Source of the DNA: Octopus sinensis | Taxonomy: Eukaryota | Direction: 5' to 3' | DNA: 64,000 bases | Assembly: GCF_006345805.1 (NCBI RefSeq) | Contig: NC_042999.1 | Location: 40,548,001 to 40,612,000 of the forward strand | Shown here: positions 53,701 through 64,000 of the stretch, in pieces | Layout of the letters: every line of letters starts with the position of its first letter | Numbering within the stretch: the stretch's first letter is position 1 | Made by a program: the position numbers and the translations under genes | The notes under the pieces: model-generated | The model's input: the letters and a program-made list of their open reading frames with translations, nothing else | What the model was told of the DNA's origin: nothing | Databases searched by the model: none

Positions 53701-53858
53701 ACGGTTTCAAAACATCTGTTAATAATTTTGTCTGTACAAAAACAAAATCAATGCAGGATTTTGATCAAGGAAACAAAAGTTTGAAAATACTGTTACAGAT
53801 GATTTGGAAAGGTAAATGCAACATAGCCGACGTTGAAGATGAAATAAATGAATACCAG
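53701..53858 (+). CDS. Weak candidate isolated exon, product unknown
   Basis: Pyrimidine tract and ...AAGCAG acceptor; open frame GFKTSVNNFVCTKTKSMQDFDQGNKSLKILLQMIWKGKCNIADVEDEINEYQ; possible donors AAG|GTAAAT (53811) or CAG|GTGTTT (53858). No homology recognised. Confidence 0.18.
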
Positions 53859-54032
53859 GTGTTTTTTTTTTTTTTTACCTGATTAGTTTTGCCTTTACTG
53901 GAACGTCTACAAATATCACCTGTTAGTTTTCGTTATTTCCTCTGATGCTTTTTTGCTTTTCCTTCGTCTTGTAGACTCTTCTACAGAGACATTCGTCTAC
54001 GTCACTTCCAACTGCAACGGAAATCGCAAGTG

Positions 54033-54554
54033 CTGTAAATCCTCGAGTATAGTCCGCCCTTGAGTATAATACGCAAGGGATTTTTAGGGGGCTGTACCTC
54101 TGAAAAACCTAAACCTTCTGTATAATACGCACCCCTTCTCTAACTTGAGTCAAGGAGGTCTATATAACGTCCTTGGTTTGTAAAACTGTAGACGGTAACG
54201 TCCTTTATTATTACTGTATATATAACATAATGCAAACGTGTAGCTTTTTTGTGCATTTTGTTTCCAGAAAATAAAGAAATAACACTAATAACAGTAATAA
54301 CGTTTAATAAATGTTGCTTACTGCAAGTTATGGGTGATTCTTTTATGACTTTATTGCTTTCAGGCTTAGCATAAGGTTTTTTCGTGCCCAACATCACAAA
54401 ATGCGTCTGAATAAACATTGCCGGACAGCAAATAGAGACTCGGACATTGCTTAAGAAATATTTTACATTTTTAACCTCGTATATAGTACGCACTATGGAC
54501 TTTGACCTTTAAATTTTGGCGGGGAAAATGCAGATTATATTCGAGGATTTACGG
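54033..54554. mobile_element. Non-autonomous DNA transposon (probably Tc1/mariner/pogo-type MITE)
   Basis: Termini CTGTAAATCCTCGAGTATA and TATATTCGAGGATTTACGG are near reverse complements; TA follows the right end. Confidence 0.7.
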
Positions 54555-56145
54555 TAATCCAAATTTCCAACTCAACGTATTGTAAGTTTTAGCTCCTACC
54601 TTATGACTATTTAGTCACCCAAAAACCCTCCCAAGCGGTCTTTCCCTCTGATACAATGTCAAAAATGCTCGTTACCATTTGAATTCATCAATTAGTTCAG
54701 GGATCTGTCTTCCTGTATTCCGTTCGCAGCCTTCCTTTTCTCTGTGTCTCTTTTCTCTCTTTTCTCTCTTTCGTTCTTCTCTCCCTTTAACATGCGTTAT
54801 TGTCGATAATGCTTTGAATAGATTGCATTATAGAATATATTCTGAATGCTTACGTCTCTGATCTTAAATCCTAACTTCATTCCTAACCACGGAAGACGAA
54901 CAGGATTGACTGTACAATCGTTGGACTGAATGCCACGTGGTATTTATTCCACCTCTTTGCAGTGTGAGTTCAAATCACGCCATGGTCTACGTGGGTGATG
55001 GAATCAATCCATTATCCGACTTAACACCACCACGTGACATTCTGAGAGATTATCGTGATACGATTTTGGTCTTCAGTTTGAAGATAACTTTTTACCATCT
55101 CCCAGTCACAAAAGTAATCTATAGAGGCATGGTTGCTTCCCTTGGTCGAAAATATGTATGTGTTTTTGCATTTAGCTCAGTTTGTGAGCGCATGCGCCCG
55201 CGTGTGTTCGTGTGCCTGCTTATGTGTGTGAGTGCTTGCAAGTACATGAGACTATGTGTGTGCACTGTGTATGCGCATGTGTAAGCGAAACTGAAAGCAA
55301 TGTCTAGATGGATATAGGAGTACATATTTTATAAGTGTACATGTACGTACATTCGTTTGAATACATATGTGAGTGTGCGCGTGTTGCCGCACATGTTTGC
55401 GTGTTTGCATGCGTATTCGTACAGACAAATGTATACATACTTATGTATCTATATAATTTCGTTTACGAGTATATATACCCACATATGAATATTTCTTCAT
55501 GCTACATTAATCTTCCCCGTGTGTAGCTGAGTGAAACATTTCGAAATACAAAGAGGAAAAAAGCAATAGAAAACAGTACCAGCAACATTATATCCATGGC
55601 AAATGAGACGACAGCCAACGTACTAAAGCCAGGTTCTTGTGCTTAGCTCAGTGAATAAATTCAGCTAGAAAATGGACGGCTTCTTTGACTTCATATTACT
55701 TCCGCTTGGCAAATAAGCAGCTATATAGCGACTGACTACTGTATTTCATTTTTCTTTCATTTATTTCTTACTTTTCTTCTTTACTTTTCTCTTATTTTCT
55801 TGTTTTCTTTTTCCTATAGTTTAAAGTTTTGTTGCTGTTTTATTTGTTATTTAGTAATATAATGAGTTGTCCATTAAAGAAAGGAAGGCAGCTCAGGTCC
55901 GATTTCAGGATACAGTAGATGATTCAGACATGTTTTTTTCCTTGACATGATATTTATAAATGAATTTATTTATTAAACATGTACATATGCATATGAGCAA
56001 TTATATTTATCGTGTGTGCAGATATACATGAATGTGTATATACGTATGTGTGTATATATCTCAGCCTCTCTCTCTCTTCTCTCTCTCTCTCCTCTCTCTC
56101 CTCCTCTCTCATCTCTCTCTCTCTCTCCTCTCCCCGCCATTTCTG

Positions 56146-56194
<49 letters not shown>

Positions 56195-56827
56195 CATGTA
56201 TGTATCTGTGCGCGCATGTTTAACACTAGTATATATGTTATAACATACATACATATGCGTATACATGTACACACACACATACATACCTACATACATATAT
56301 ACATACATACATACATATAATACATACATACATAATACATACATACATACATACATACATACATACATACATACATACATACATACATACATGCATACAT
56401 ACATAGAGAAAAACTAATAAACAGAGATTCCATTAAATATATATAAGCCTGTTCTGGATGGCTATTTAGATGTGCGTGTTCATGTGTGTATGTATGTATG
56501 TATGTATGTGTGTATGTCTGTACGTATGCGTATTTGTAGTTCAGTTTAAGACTTTTCTTTTTAATCTTTTTTCTTTGTAGATTTTTTTTTTACTTGCCCT
56601 GTTTATTTTTCTTTTCTTCTTTCGTCACCCACCTCCCCACATAGTGTGACACATCTGTTGAATAAAGAATCGAGATTCCAGTACTTGATGTCGATGATTC
56701 AGGATAGTTCCTTGACCTAAAGTTCATCAGGAAACGTATACAGTTGTATATAAATACATACACACACATACGTATATATATATATATATATAATATATAT
56801 ATATATATACATATATATAACCATTAT

Positions 56828-56881
<54 letters not shown>

Positions 56882-57183
56882 ATATACATATATACATATA
56901 TGTATATATATGCATATATATATATATATATATGTGGTGTGTGTGTGTGTATGTATTGGTATAATCTTTTTACTCTTTTATTTCTTTCAGTCATTGGTCT
57001 GTGGCATTCTGGGGCTCCGCCTTTTAGTCGAAGATATCGACCCCTGGTATGTTTGTGTATATATATATAATGGTGTGTGTGTGTGTGTGGCATATATATA
57101 AATATATGTATATATGTATATGTATATATGTATATATGTATATATATATATATATATATATTATGTATATATATATATATATG

Positions 57184-57230
<47 letters not shown>

Positions 57231-57681
57231 ATATATATGTATATATATATGTATATATGGATATATATACGTATATATATAATATATATATATATATATC
57301 TTATTACGCAAAAAATTCTTATATATATATATATAGACACACACATACATATACATACACATTCATACATACATGTATGTATATGTGTTGTTCTCGCGCA
57401 CGTGTTTTTCAACGTGCATTTTTGTCTTCTTTTTTTTTTGCTAGCTTGTTTACATTTTTATGTGTAGCATTTGTATGTAGCAAATGTAAAAACAAAAACA
57501 AAGAAGCAAAGAAAGTGAAAAACGAAAATGGGATTGTCGAAATGATTTCTTATTCGCCTTATTACTTACTTTCTGCCTCTTGTTTCGTTGTTTAATGTTT
57601 CTTCTTTTATTCACACCACGGGATTGTCATTGCGAGCGTGCTAGCTCTGATTTCTTGAGGATTTTGGTAATTTAGTTGATT

Positions 57682-57974
57682 TATTTTTGTGCCCTTCTCA
57701 AGCCTAGTCAAGCTCATGGGCCTGGTTTCCCGGTTTCTATGGCGTATGTGTTCCCCCCAGTCCATCGCAGCGTTACTCAGAAACAGGAAGAGAGAGTGTG
57801 AGAAAGTTGGGGCGAAAGAGTACAACAGGGGTCGCCACCACCCCCTGCCGGAGCCTCTTGGAACTCTAGGTGTTTTCGGTCAATAAACACACATAACGCC
57901 CGGTCTGGGAATCGAAACCGCGATCCTCCGACCGTGAGTCCGCTGCCCTAACGACTGGGTCATTGCGCCTCCAC
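57682..57974 (-). mobile_element. Chimeric SINE: family B head/body with family D tail
   Basis: Body ends ...TTCCTGTTTCT then joins GAGTAACGCTGCGATGGACTGG...GAAACCGGGAAACC. Imperfect TSD AATTTAGTT(G/C)ATT at 57669-57681 and 57975-57987. Confidence 0.85.
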
Positions 57975-58048
57975 AATTTAGTTCATTACACTGACATAAA
58001 GCTTCCATCAGTCAAGGCTGGACATGAGTTTGTATATGTATGCACAAA

Positions 58049-58088
<40 letters not shown>

Positions 58089-58097
<9 letters not shown>

Positions 58098-58247
58098 TAA
58101 ATTAGAGACAAAACCACTATTATGCAAATCAAACAAAGAAGACTTAAGTCAATACGTAAATTTATATAAATTAATTTACGTATTGGCTTAAGTCTTTCTT
58201 TGTTTGATTTGCATAATAGTGGTTTTGTCTCTAATTTAATATAATAT
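58089..58247. repeat. ~74-bp-arm palindrome next to (TA)n
   Basis: 58089-58162 and 58173-58247 are reverse complements apart from 1 substitution and 1 indel; 10-nt spacer. Confidence 0.92.
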
Positions 58248-58407
58248 AATATTTTACTATAAAATTGGATTCAATCCTAAATCTGATTTTTCCCTGTAAA
58301 TTTGGATTTATTCCCTAATATTTATTATTAATATATATATGTATATATATATATATATGTGTGAAACAAGGTGAAAAAAAGAGTACTCAAATACCAGTGG
58401 TAGAGTA

Positions 58408-58564
58408 ATATGCTTTATTTAAAGCAGCAGAAAATTCAACAAAACCTGAGTTTCCGGTTGCCGTTCATCGGACAGTTTTTGCTAGAAAAACTGTCCGATG
58501 AACGGCAACGGGAAACTCAGAGTAACAGGTTTTGTTGAATTTTCTGCTGCTTTAAATAAAGTAT
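58408..58564. repeat. Palindrome whose arms carry inverted hammerhead motifs
   Basis: Left arm 58413-58480 and right arm 58486-58561 around GCTAG; the left arm lacks 8 nt. Confidence 0.92.
58491..58528 (+). ncRNA. Minimal type-I hammerhead ribozyme-like motif (U4C core)
   Basis: CTGT-CCGATGA-A-CGG-caa-CGG-GAAACTC-a-GAGT-A-ACAG. Stem I CTGT/ACAG, stem III ACTC/GAGT, GUA triplet. Stem II has one G-G mismatch here but is perfect (CGG/CCG) in the inverted copy. Confidence 0.72.
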
Positions 58565-58565
58565 A

Positions 58566-58614
<49 letters not shown>

Positions 58615-58619
58615 TTTTT

Positions 58620-58845
58620 TTTTTTTTTTTTTTTTTTTCCAGTTTCAGCTCTTGAGCTGTGGCCATGCTGGGGCACCGCCATTGTGGTGAAAGAGTACAG
58701 CAGGGATCACCACCCCCTGCCGGAGCCTCGTAGAGCTTTTAGGTGTTTTCGCTCAATAAACACACACAACGCCCGGTCTGAGAATCGAAACCGCGATCCT
58801 GCGACCGCGAGTCCGCTGCCCTAACCACTAGGCCATTGCGCCTCT
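58620..58845 (-). mobile_element. Chimeric SINE: family B head and partial body with family C-like tail and poly(A)
   Basis: Minus strand: ...TACTCTTTCACCACAAT-GGCGGTGCCCCAGCATGGCCACAGCTCAAGAGCTGAAACTGG-(A)n. Confidence 0.8.
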
Positions 58846-58876
58846 ATATATATATATATATATATATATATTGCGC

Positions 58877-58915
<39 letters not shown>

Positions 58916-60479
58916 CTTCAAATTGGGAGCAAGAACAGCATGTTCGGTGAGAACATTGACCCCACCTATTGTACTTATTGTATAGATCTTGAGTTCTGAT
59001 CATTCTTTTACCTATGTACCCCTTTGATTACTATTTTACTCAGGTGGACTCCCATAGTCATTCGATGTCTATATAAACTTCTTTTAAACTTTCTATTTTG
59101 TTTTTCACACATGAACTTGTGTAGTTTGAAGTACATAAAATGATAGAGAAAGAAGCCTAGCTGTTCGTTGCTATACATACCAATACATACATCTGAAACA
59201 AAAATGTTTAGGGATCCTTAAAATAGTATTGCGACCCCTAATTTTCTACCCCCAAAACTTTTATGGACCCTCGAGTGGCTTATGGACCCACAGGTGCTGA
59301 AAGGATAAAAGGTGAAGTCGATCTTGATGGAATTTGCACTAACTTTATTATAAATATGAGCAGTTGACCATGCAAGCAGGCCCAGTCTCTACAAAAAGCT
59401 TAAAGTGATGTTTCTTCAAAAGCATTGTTGTTTACTTGGGGTCAATAGATCTAGCATTTGCTTTTCCGTACCTATTGCAGTTAGAACGCAAATATCTGGA
59501 ATAGAGAGTGCAAGGCGTCTTGTCTGAATCGGTAATTGTTCCGTTAAGCAACAACTCTGGATTGATACTTTCTTTATCGACCACAAAAGGGCCGATGCCA
59601 AAATTCACTTGAACCAGAGAAGTTATATATGTGTATATACAGGTATAGGTGTGTGGCTGTGTACGTATCTATTTATCTATCTGTCTGTGTATACACACAT
59701 TATATATATACCTATTTATCTATTTACACACACATTTATGTATATATATATACATAAATATGTGTGTGTGTGTGTGTGTGTGTTTGTGTTTGTATGCATG
59801 TATATGTGTGTCTGTTTACATTTTTGCCAAAAGTTCTTATACAGTCAATATTTTAAGATATTTTTGAGAGTTGTTAACAATTCAAAAATAAAATAATATT
59901 GCATAAACAGAATGTCAGAAACCTTTGGGAAGAAATTTTAGTATAGTATGTTTTATGTGTGTAAGCGCTTTCGTTGTCCACTTCTTCAGTCGCACGTGTT
60001 CTGGACTAATCCATACGCTGGAAATTGTTCTTAGTAATGGTGTCAACTATTTTTGATATAGCTTTAAATTTAAAATTCTTTAAAGTATTCTGTTGTCTTT
60101 CATATTTGAACATTTACGTCTTTTATTTCTTAAAAAGGAAATATTTTGTATTTTCCACTTGCACAGTTATCTATATGAATTTGTACAAATAGAAAATGCA
60201 ATAAAAAACGAAAGACAAAAGAATAATTTTCTAATACCTTCGCAATGTTTTCATACACATGTTCGATTTAATCGTCTTTACATTCCTGACGTCCCTATCC
60301 ATCAACATGTGGGAGTATTTATTCCCACATGTGCAAAAAAAGTGCAAAAAAATAGCTATCTGAGAGAAAGAAAACAAAATGTTCTATGCCTCGTGCGTTA
60401 TAGAACAATATTTAGTTAATTCCAGCTTCAACAAACGGTACGCACGTCAGTAATAGTCTGTTTACGGCTTTCGTTATCA

Positions 60480-60699
60480 AAGGCGGTGAGCTGACAAATC
60501 TGTTAGCACGCCGGGCTAATTGCTAAATGGTATTCCTCCCGTGGCTACGTTCTGATTTCATATGCCTCCTTGGTAGACTTTGTTTTACATCCTTTCCGTG
60601 TCAATGAAATACGTACCAGTTACGACAATGGGATCGAGTAATCGACTTGTCTCTTCCCCCAAATTTCAAGTTTTGTGCATATAGCAAAAAGGTTATTAT
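60480..60699 (+). mobile_element. Degenerate family A SINE monomer
   Basis: AAGGCGGTGAGCTGACAAATCTGTTAGCACGCC head; tail CCCCAAATTTCAAGTTTTGTGCATATAGCAAAAAGGTTATT. Confidence 0.8.
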
Positions 60700-60762
60700 G
60701 AACGTTACACTTACTGGGGTGTGTGCAACAAAGCAGAACAACGTAGAAGAGGCCTCACTTAC

Positions 60763-60854
60763 AGTCCGATATGTATTGACACATGTCCGGGTGAAGATTT
60801 TGTTCCCCAGGCGAAAATTGCTACAGTAATAGGTTTGTCACTTCCGATTAAACT
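60763..60854 (-). CDS. Candidate 92-nt internal exon, product unknown
   Basis: Acceptor TCGTATTTCACACTCTAG| and donor |GTAAGT. Only one frame is open: SLIGSDKPITVAIFAWGTKSSPGHVSIHIG(L). Confidence 0.35.
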
Positions 60855-60878
60855 CTAGAGTGTGAAATACGAATTTAC

Positions 60879-60936
<58 letters not shown>

Positions 60937-60938
<2 letters not shown>

Positions 60939-61292
60939 CCGTTCTGTCTGTCTGTCTGTGTGTATTCTAGGAGCTCGGGCATCCTCCATCCGATTACGCT
61001 CAAATTTGATATGTAGATACCAACGGTATCAAGGCGTGTATAAGTCTTGAAAAAGTTACAAAAATCGATTCAAGATGAGAATGCGATCGATAAAGACGTG
61101 GGATCGTGCATTTGTACGCGCAAGTACATCGGTCGAAATCCGTCTTTTGCTGGTATCTCAAATTTAGGTTAAATCAGTGTTTCTCAAAGGGGAGGCCTAT
61201 GGGACGATCGGACAAGTTGTTTTGAGAAAATTTGGTTTAAATGTATGACAACTCAGCACCGTCCATTTGACGGGGGAGGGGCGTTTTGCTCG
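60937..61292 (+). mobile_element. Second copy of the Helitron-like element at 23549
   Basis: Colinear with 23560-23938; hairpin CCGTC-CATTT-GACGG; ends CTCG^T. Confidence 0.78.
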
Positions 61293-61309
61293 TATATATA
61301 TATATATAG

Positions 61310-63070
61310 ATAAATGAAAGAATGGTGTCGAACGGCGATTTAACAAAATTCCGTCATTCTCGACATATGCTAATGGGAAGTACAGACAGCGCCCAGATAG
61401 CCGATTTAATCGGAATCTATATTCTCTATGAATTGGCCGACCAATTCCCGGACATCTGTGGCTGCCTATATCGAGACGATTGTCTACTTTACCTCCAGAA
61501 TGCTCCGAACAATAGGATACAGAAGATTAAGAACAGATTAGCTAGATTTTTTAGCAGAATGGTCTTGAGCATAGTTTTTGACGACGAATTAACTAAAGCC
61601 AACTTCTTAGATGTTACCCTAAATCTGCAGAATAATTCATACTTCCCTTATCATAAGCCTTCTACTAATCTTAAATATATCAGCATTTTCAGTAACCATG
61701 CCAAAACTATTACCGATTATTTAGTTAAAAATATTTCCTTAAGACTGTCAAAATTATCTGCTAATGTCGACATCTTCAACCAGAAAGCGGAATTTTATAA
61801 CGCCGCCTTGTCAAAAGCCGGTTATAGAGATAAAGTATCATATAACGACCCGGCCCATTCTAAACCTATATATACTTCTCAGGATAAGAAAAATTATAAC
61901 AATAGAAATAGTGAGAATAATGATTTCAGCTCTAACAACGTCGGCACCACTATACTTAAGAAAAATAATTTACGGACCAGGGGAGGCAATCGGCTACCAA
62001 CCCCAATTTTCCAGCACAGAAATATTCCCTGTAATGTAACTGGTAACACTTTGAACAATTCTAAGTCCACTAAAAACTATATCTGGTTTGTCATACCTTT
62101 CGGAAAACAAATCAAGTCAAATCTTCCTTTGCAGTTCCGTGAAGCCGTAGCTAGGAACTTTCCCAGGAATTCTAGGTATTACTCTACTATCAATTCGCAT
62201 AAGGTGAGGATTGCATTCTCCAACACTAGAAATCTATCGCAAATTATTGCCTCCCATAATAACAAGCTGCTAAACAAGGATTCTTCACCCGGGAGTTACA
62301 ACACTATTCTTACCAATTCCAACCAAACATACAATAATAATAATAGAAATTAGTATTAATAATAGCAACATTCATAACGCGTTGGCATTTACAGTGGTAA
62401 TATTAATAATAATATTAGTCGGATTATTAACAGTGGTAGTGTTAGTGGTAACAACGACAGCATTTCTAATAACAGTGGTAGTATTGATGATAACAACGGC
62501 AGCATTTCTATAGTCAGGGATATTACAGGCGATAGTACAATTAATAATAATAACAATAATAGAAATAGTAAAATGGTCAGTGCTAGCAGTTATATTAACA
62601 GCAATCATAACAATAAAAACTCCGTCTTAGTCTCGGAGGTAAACCCTAACAGATTAAAGTTCTTGTCCAATAATTCCAAAATTAGAAATTCCATTTACCA
62701 GTGTAGGGTTTCTTCTATGTTGGGGCGACTACTTCTAAATTATCCCAGACGATTTCCAAACATTATTCAACTTTCCGAGATAAGAGGAAACAACAAAGTA
62801 CAGGACTAAGTAAATTAGTTTGGCGTCTTAAGGACAGCAATATAACTTTCAAGCTGGAATGGTCCATATTGTCTGTATCCTTTCCTTTTCATAAGGGCAG
62901 AAAATATTGTGCCGTCTGTAATTCCGAGCTTTTCTATATACTTTTCGCCAAATTCCCTTTAGTAAACACAATGGTAGAAAAATCCTATAGATGCATGCAC
63001 TGGCAGAAACACACCTTCCACTCATATAAGTGATGATTAATATAGATAACCTCCTTGAATTTAATAATTT
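61310..63070 (+). mobile_element. 5'-truncated Penelope-like element (RT and GIY-YIG endonuclease), possibly Naiad-type
   Basis: ORF 61322-62353 has MGSTDSAQIADLIG, LYRDDCL, NFLDVTLNL, YHKP...SNH and IWFVIPF...SHNNKLL. After an Asn/Ser-rich linker come NSIYQCRV, then frameshifted YVGATTSKLSQTISKHYSTFR...GLSKLVWRLK...EWSIL...CAVCNSE and RCMHWQK; stop at about 63033. Confidence 0.9.
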
Positions 63071-63083
63071 GGTTCCACATCTA

Positions 63084-64000
63084 CGAGGGACGTTCAATAA
63101 GTAATGCCTCTGACCCACTTGCAGTTGATTGATCTTGCTAAAATTTTGCATGTGCAATTATACATATCTCTATAGATGACATGGCGAATTACAGCTCTGA
63201 ACTAATTGCGGTTTCTGATTTCCAGGTGTTTGAACTTAGTCAAGTGTGAAATGGAGCCTGTTGAGTGTCGAGCAGTGATCCGTTTTTTTGTATTTGAAAG
63301 GACGCACATCATGGGAGACTTTTGATGAAATGAAAGTAACTTATGGTGATGATGTCCCATCATATGACCTTGTAAAACGCTGGCATCGTGAATTCAAACA
63401 TTGGTGGGAACTCTGTGGAAAAGGCTCCCAGATCTGGTCGCCCCCTTCGGCCATTGATGAGGCATCTGTCCGTCAAGTTGAGGCTGCCATTTTGGAAGAT
63501 TGGCGCATAACTATTCGCCAAATAGCCCATTAGGTCAAGATTAGTACCGGGTCTGTGGAAACTATCATTCATGACCCTTTGCATATGCAAAGGTTGTCTT
63601 CCAGATGGATTCCCAGGTTGTTCACACCTTTTCAGAAGCAAGAACGCGTCGAGTGCTCGAGCATGAATTTGGAGATGTGCCAAGAAGATGAGTCAAAGTT
63701 TGTCAAAAGACTGATTACACAGGATGAAATCTGGGTCCATCACTATGATCCAGAGACCAAAGCCCAGTCAATGCAAGGGAAGCACCGTGACTCACCTCCT
63801 CCAAAGAAGGCAAGGGTGCAGTCCTCCGCTGGCAAGGACATACTCACAGTCTTCTGGGACCAGGATGGAGTAGTGATGACAGATTTCCTGGCAAAGGGTA
63901 CCACAATTGCAGGAGCCTATTATGCTTCACTTTTGAGGAAATTAAGAAAAGCTATCAAAATCAAGAGGCTGGGCAAGATCAGCAAAGGCATCCTCCTCCT
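63084..64000 (+). mobile_element. Mariner transposon, left TIR and disrupted transposase (cut by window end)
   Basis: TA (63082-63083) then CGAGGGACGTTCAATAAGT. ATG at 63251; MEPVECRAVIRF, SYDLVKRWHREFK, RSGRP, SRWIPRL, LITQDEIWVHHYDPETK, LTVFWD. Frameshifts and one stop. Confidence 0.93.

Overview
Eukaryotic, AT-rich, almost entirely repetitive window with no multi-exon host gene that can be recognised with confidence. The SINE, LINE and microsatellite content looks like an octopus (coleoid cephalopod) genome; this is an inference. Main contents: (i) an apparently full-length ~4.0 kb R4/Dong-clade non-LTR retrotransposon (31511-35526, minus; RT, CCHC knuckle, restriction-like endonuclease) flanked on both sides by (TAA)n, plus two older R4 fragments; (ii) a 5'-truncated Penelope-like element with RT and GIY-YIG (61310-63070) interrupted by a mariner transposon; (iii) a second decayed mariner, two RTE LINE fragments (one 5'-inverted with a 12-bp target-site duplication (TSD)), an orphan ORF1-like fragment, non-autonomous Helitrons and two MITEs; (iv) more than 25 tRNA-derived SINE copies from at least four families, including head-plus-multimer arrays and chimeras with swapped tails; (v) three fold-back palindromes, a ~780-bp tandem triplication and two minimal type-I hammerhead-ribozyme-like motifs that both carry a CCGATGA core; (vi) very dense di-, tri- and tetranucleotide microsatellites, which explain nearly all entries in the ORF track. 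Two isolated exon candidates are flagged at low confidence. All comparisons were made by eye, and family names need database confirmation.
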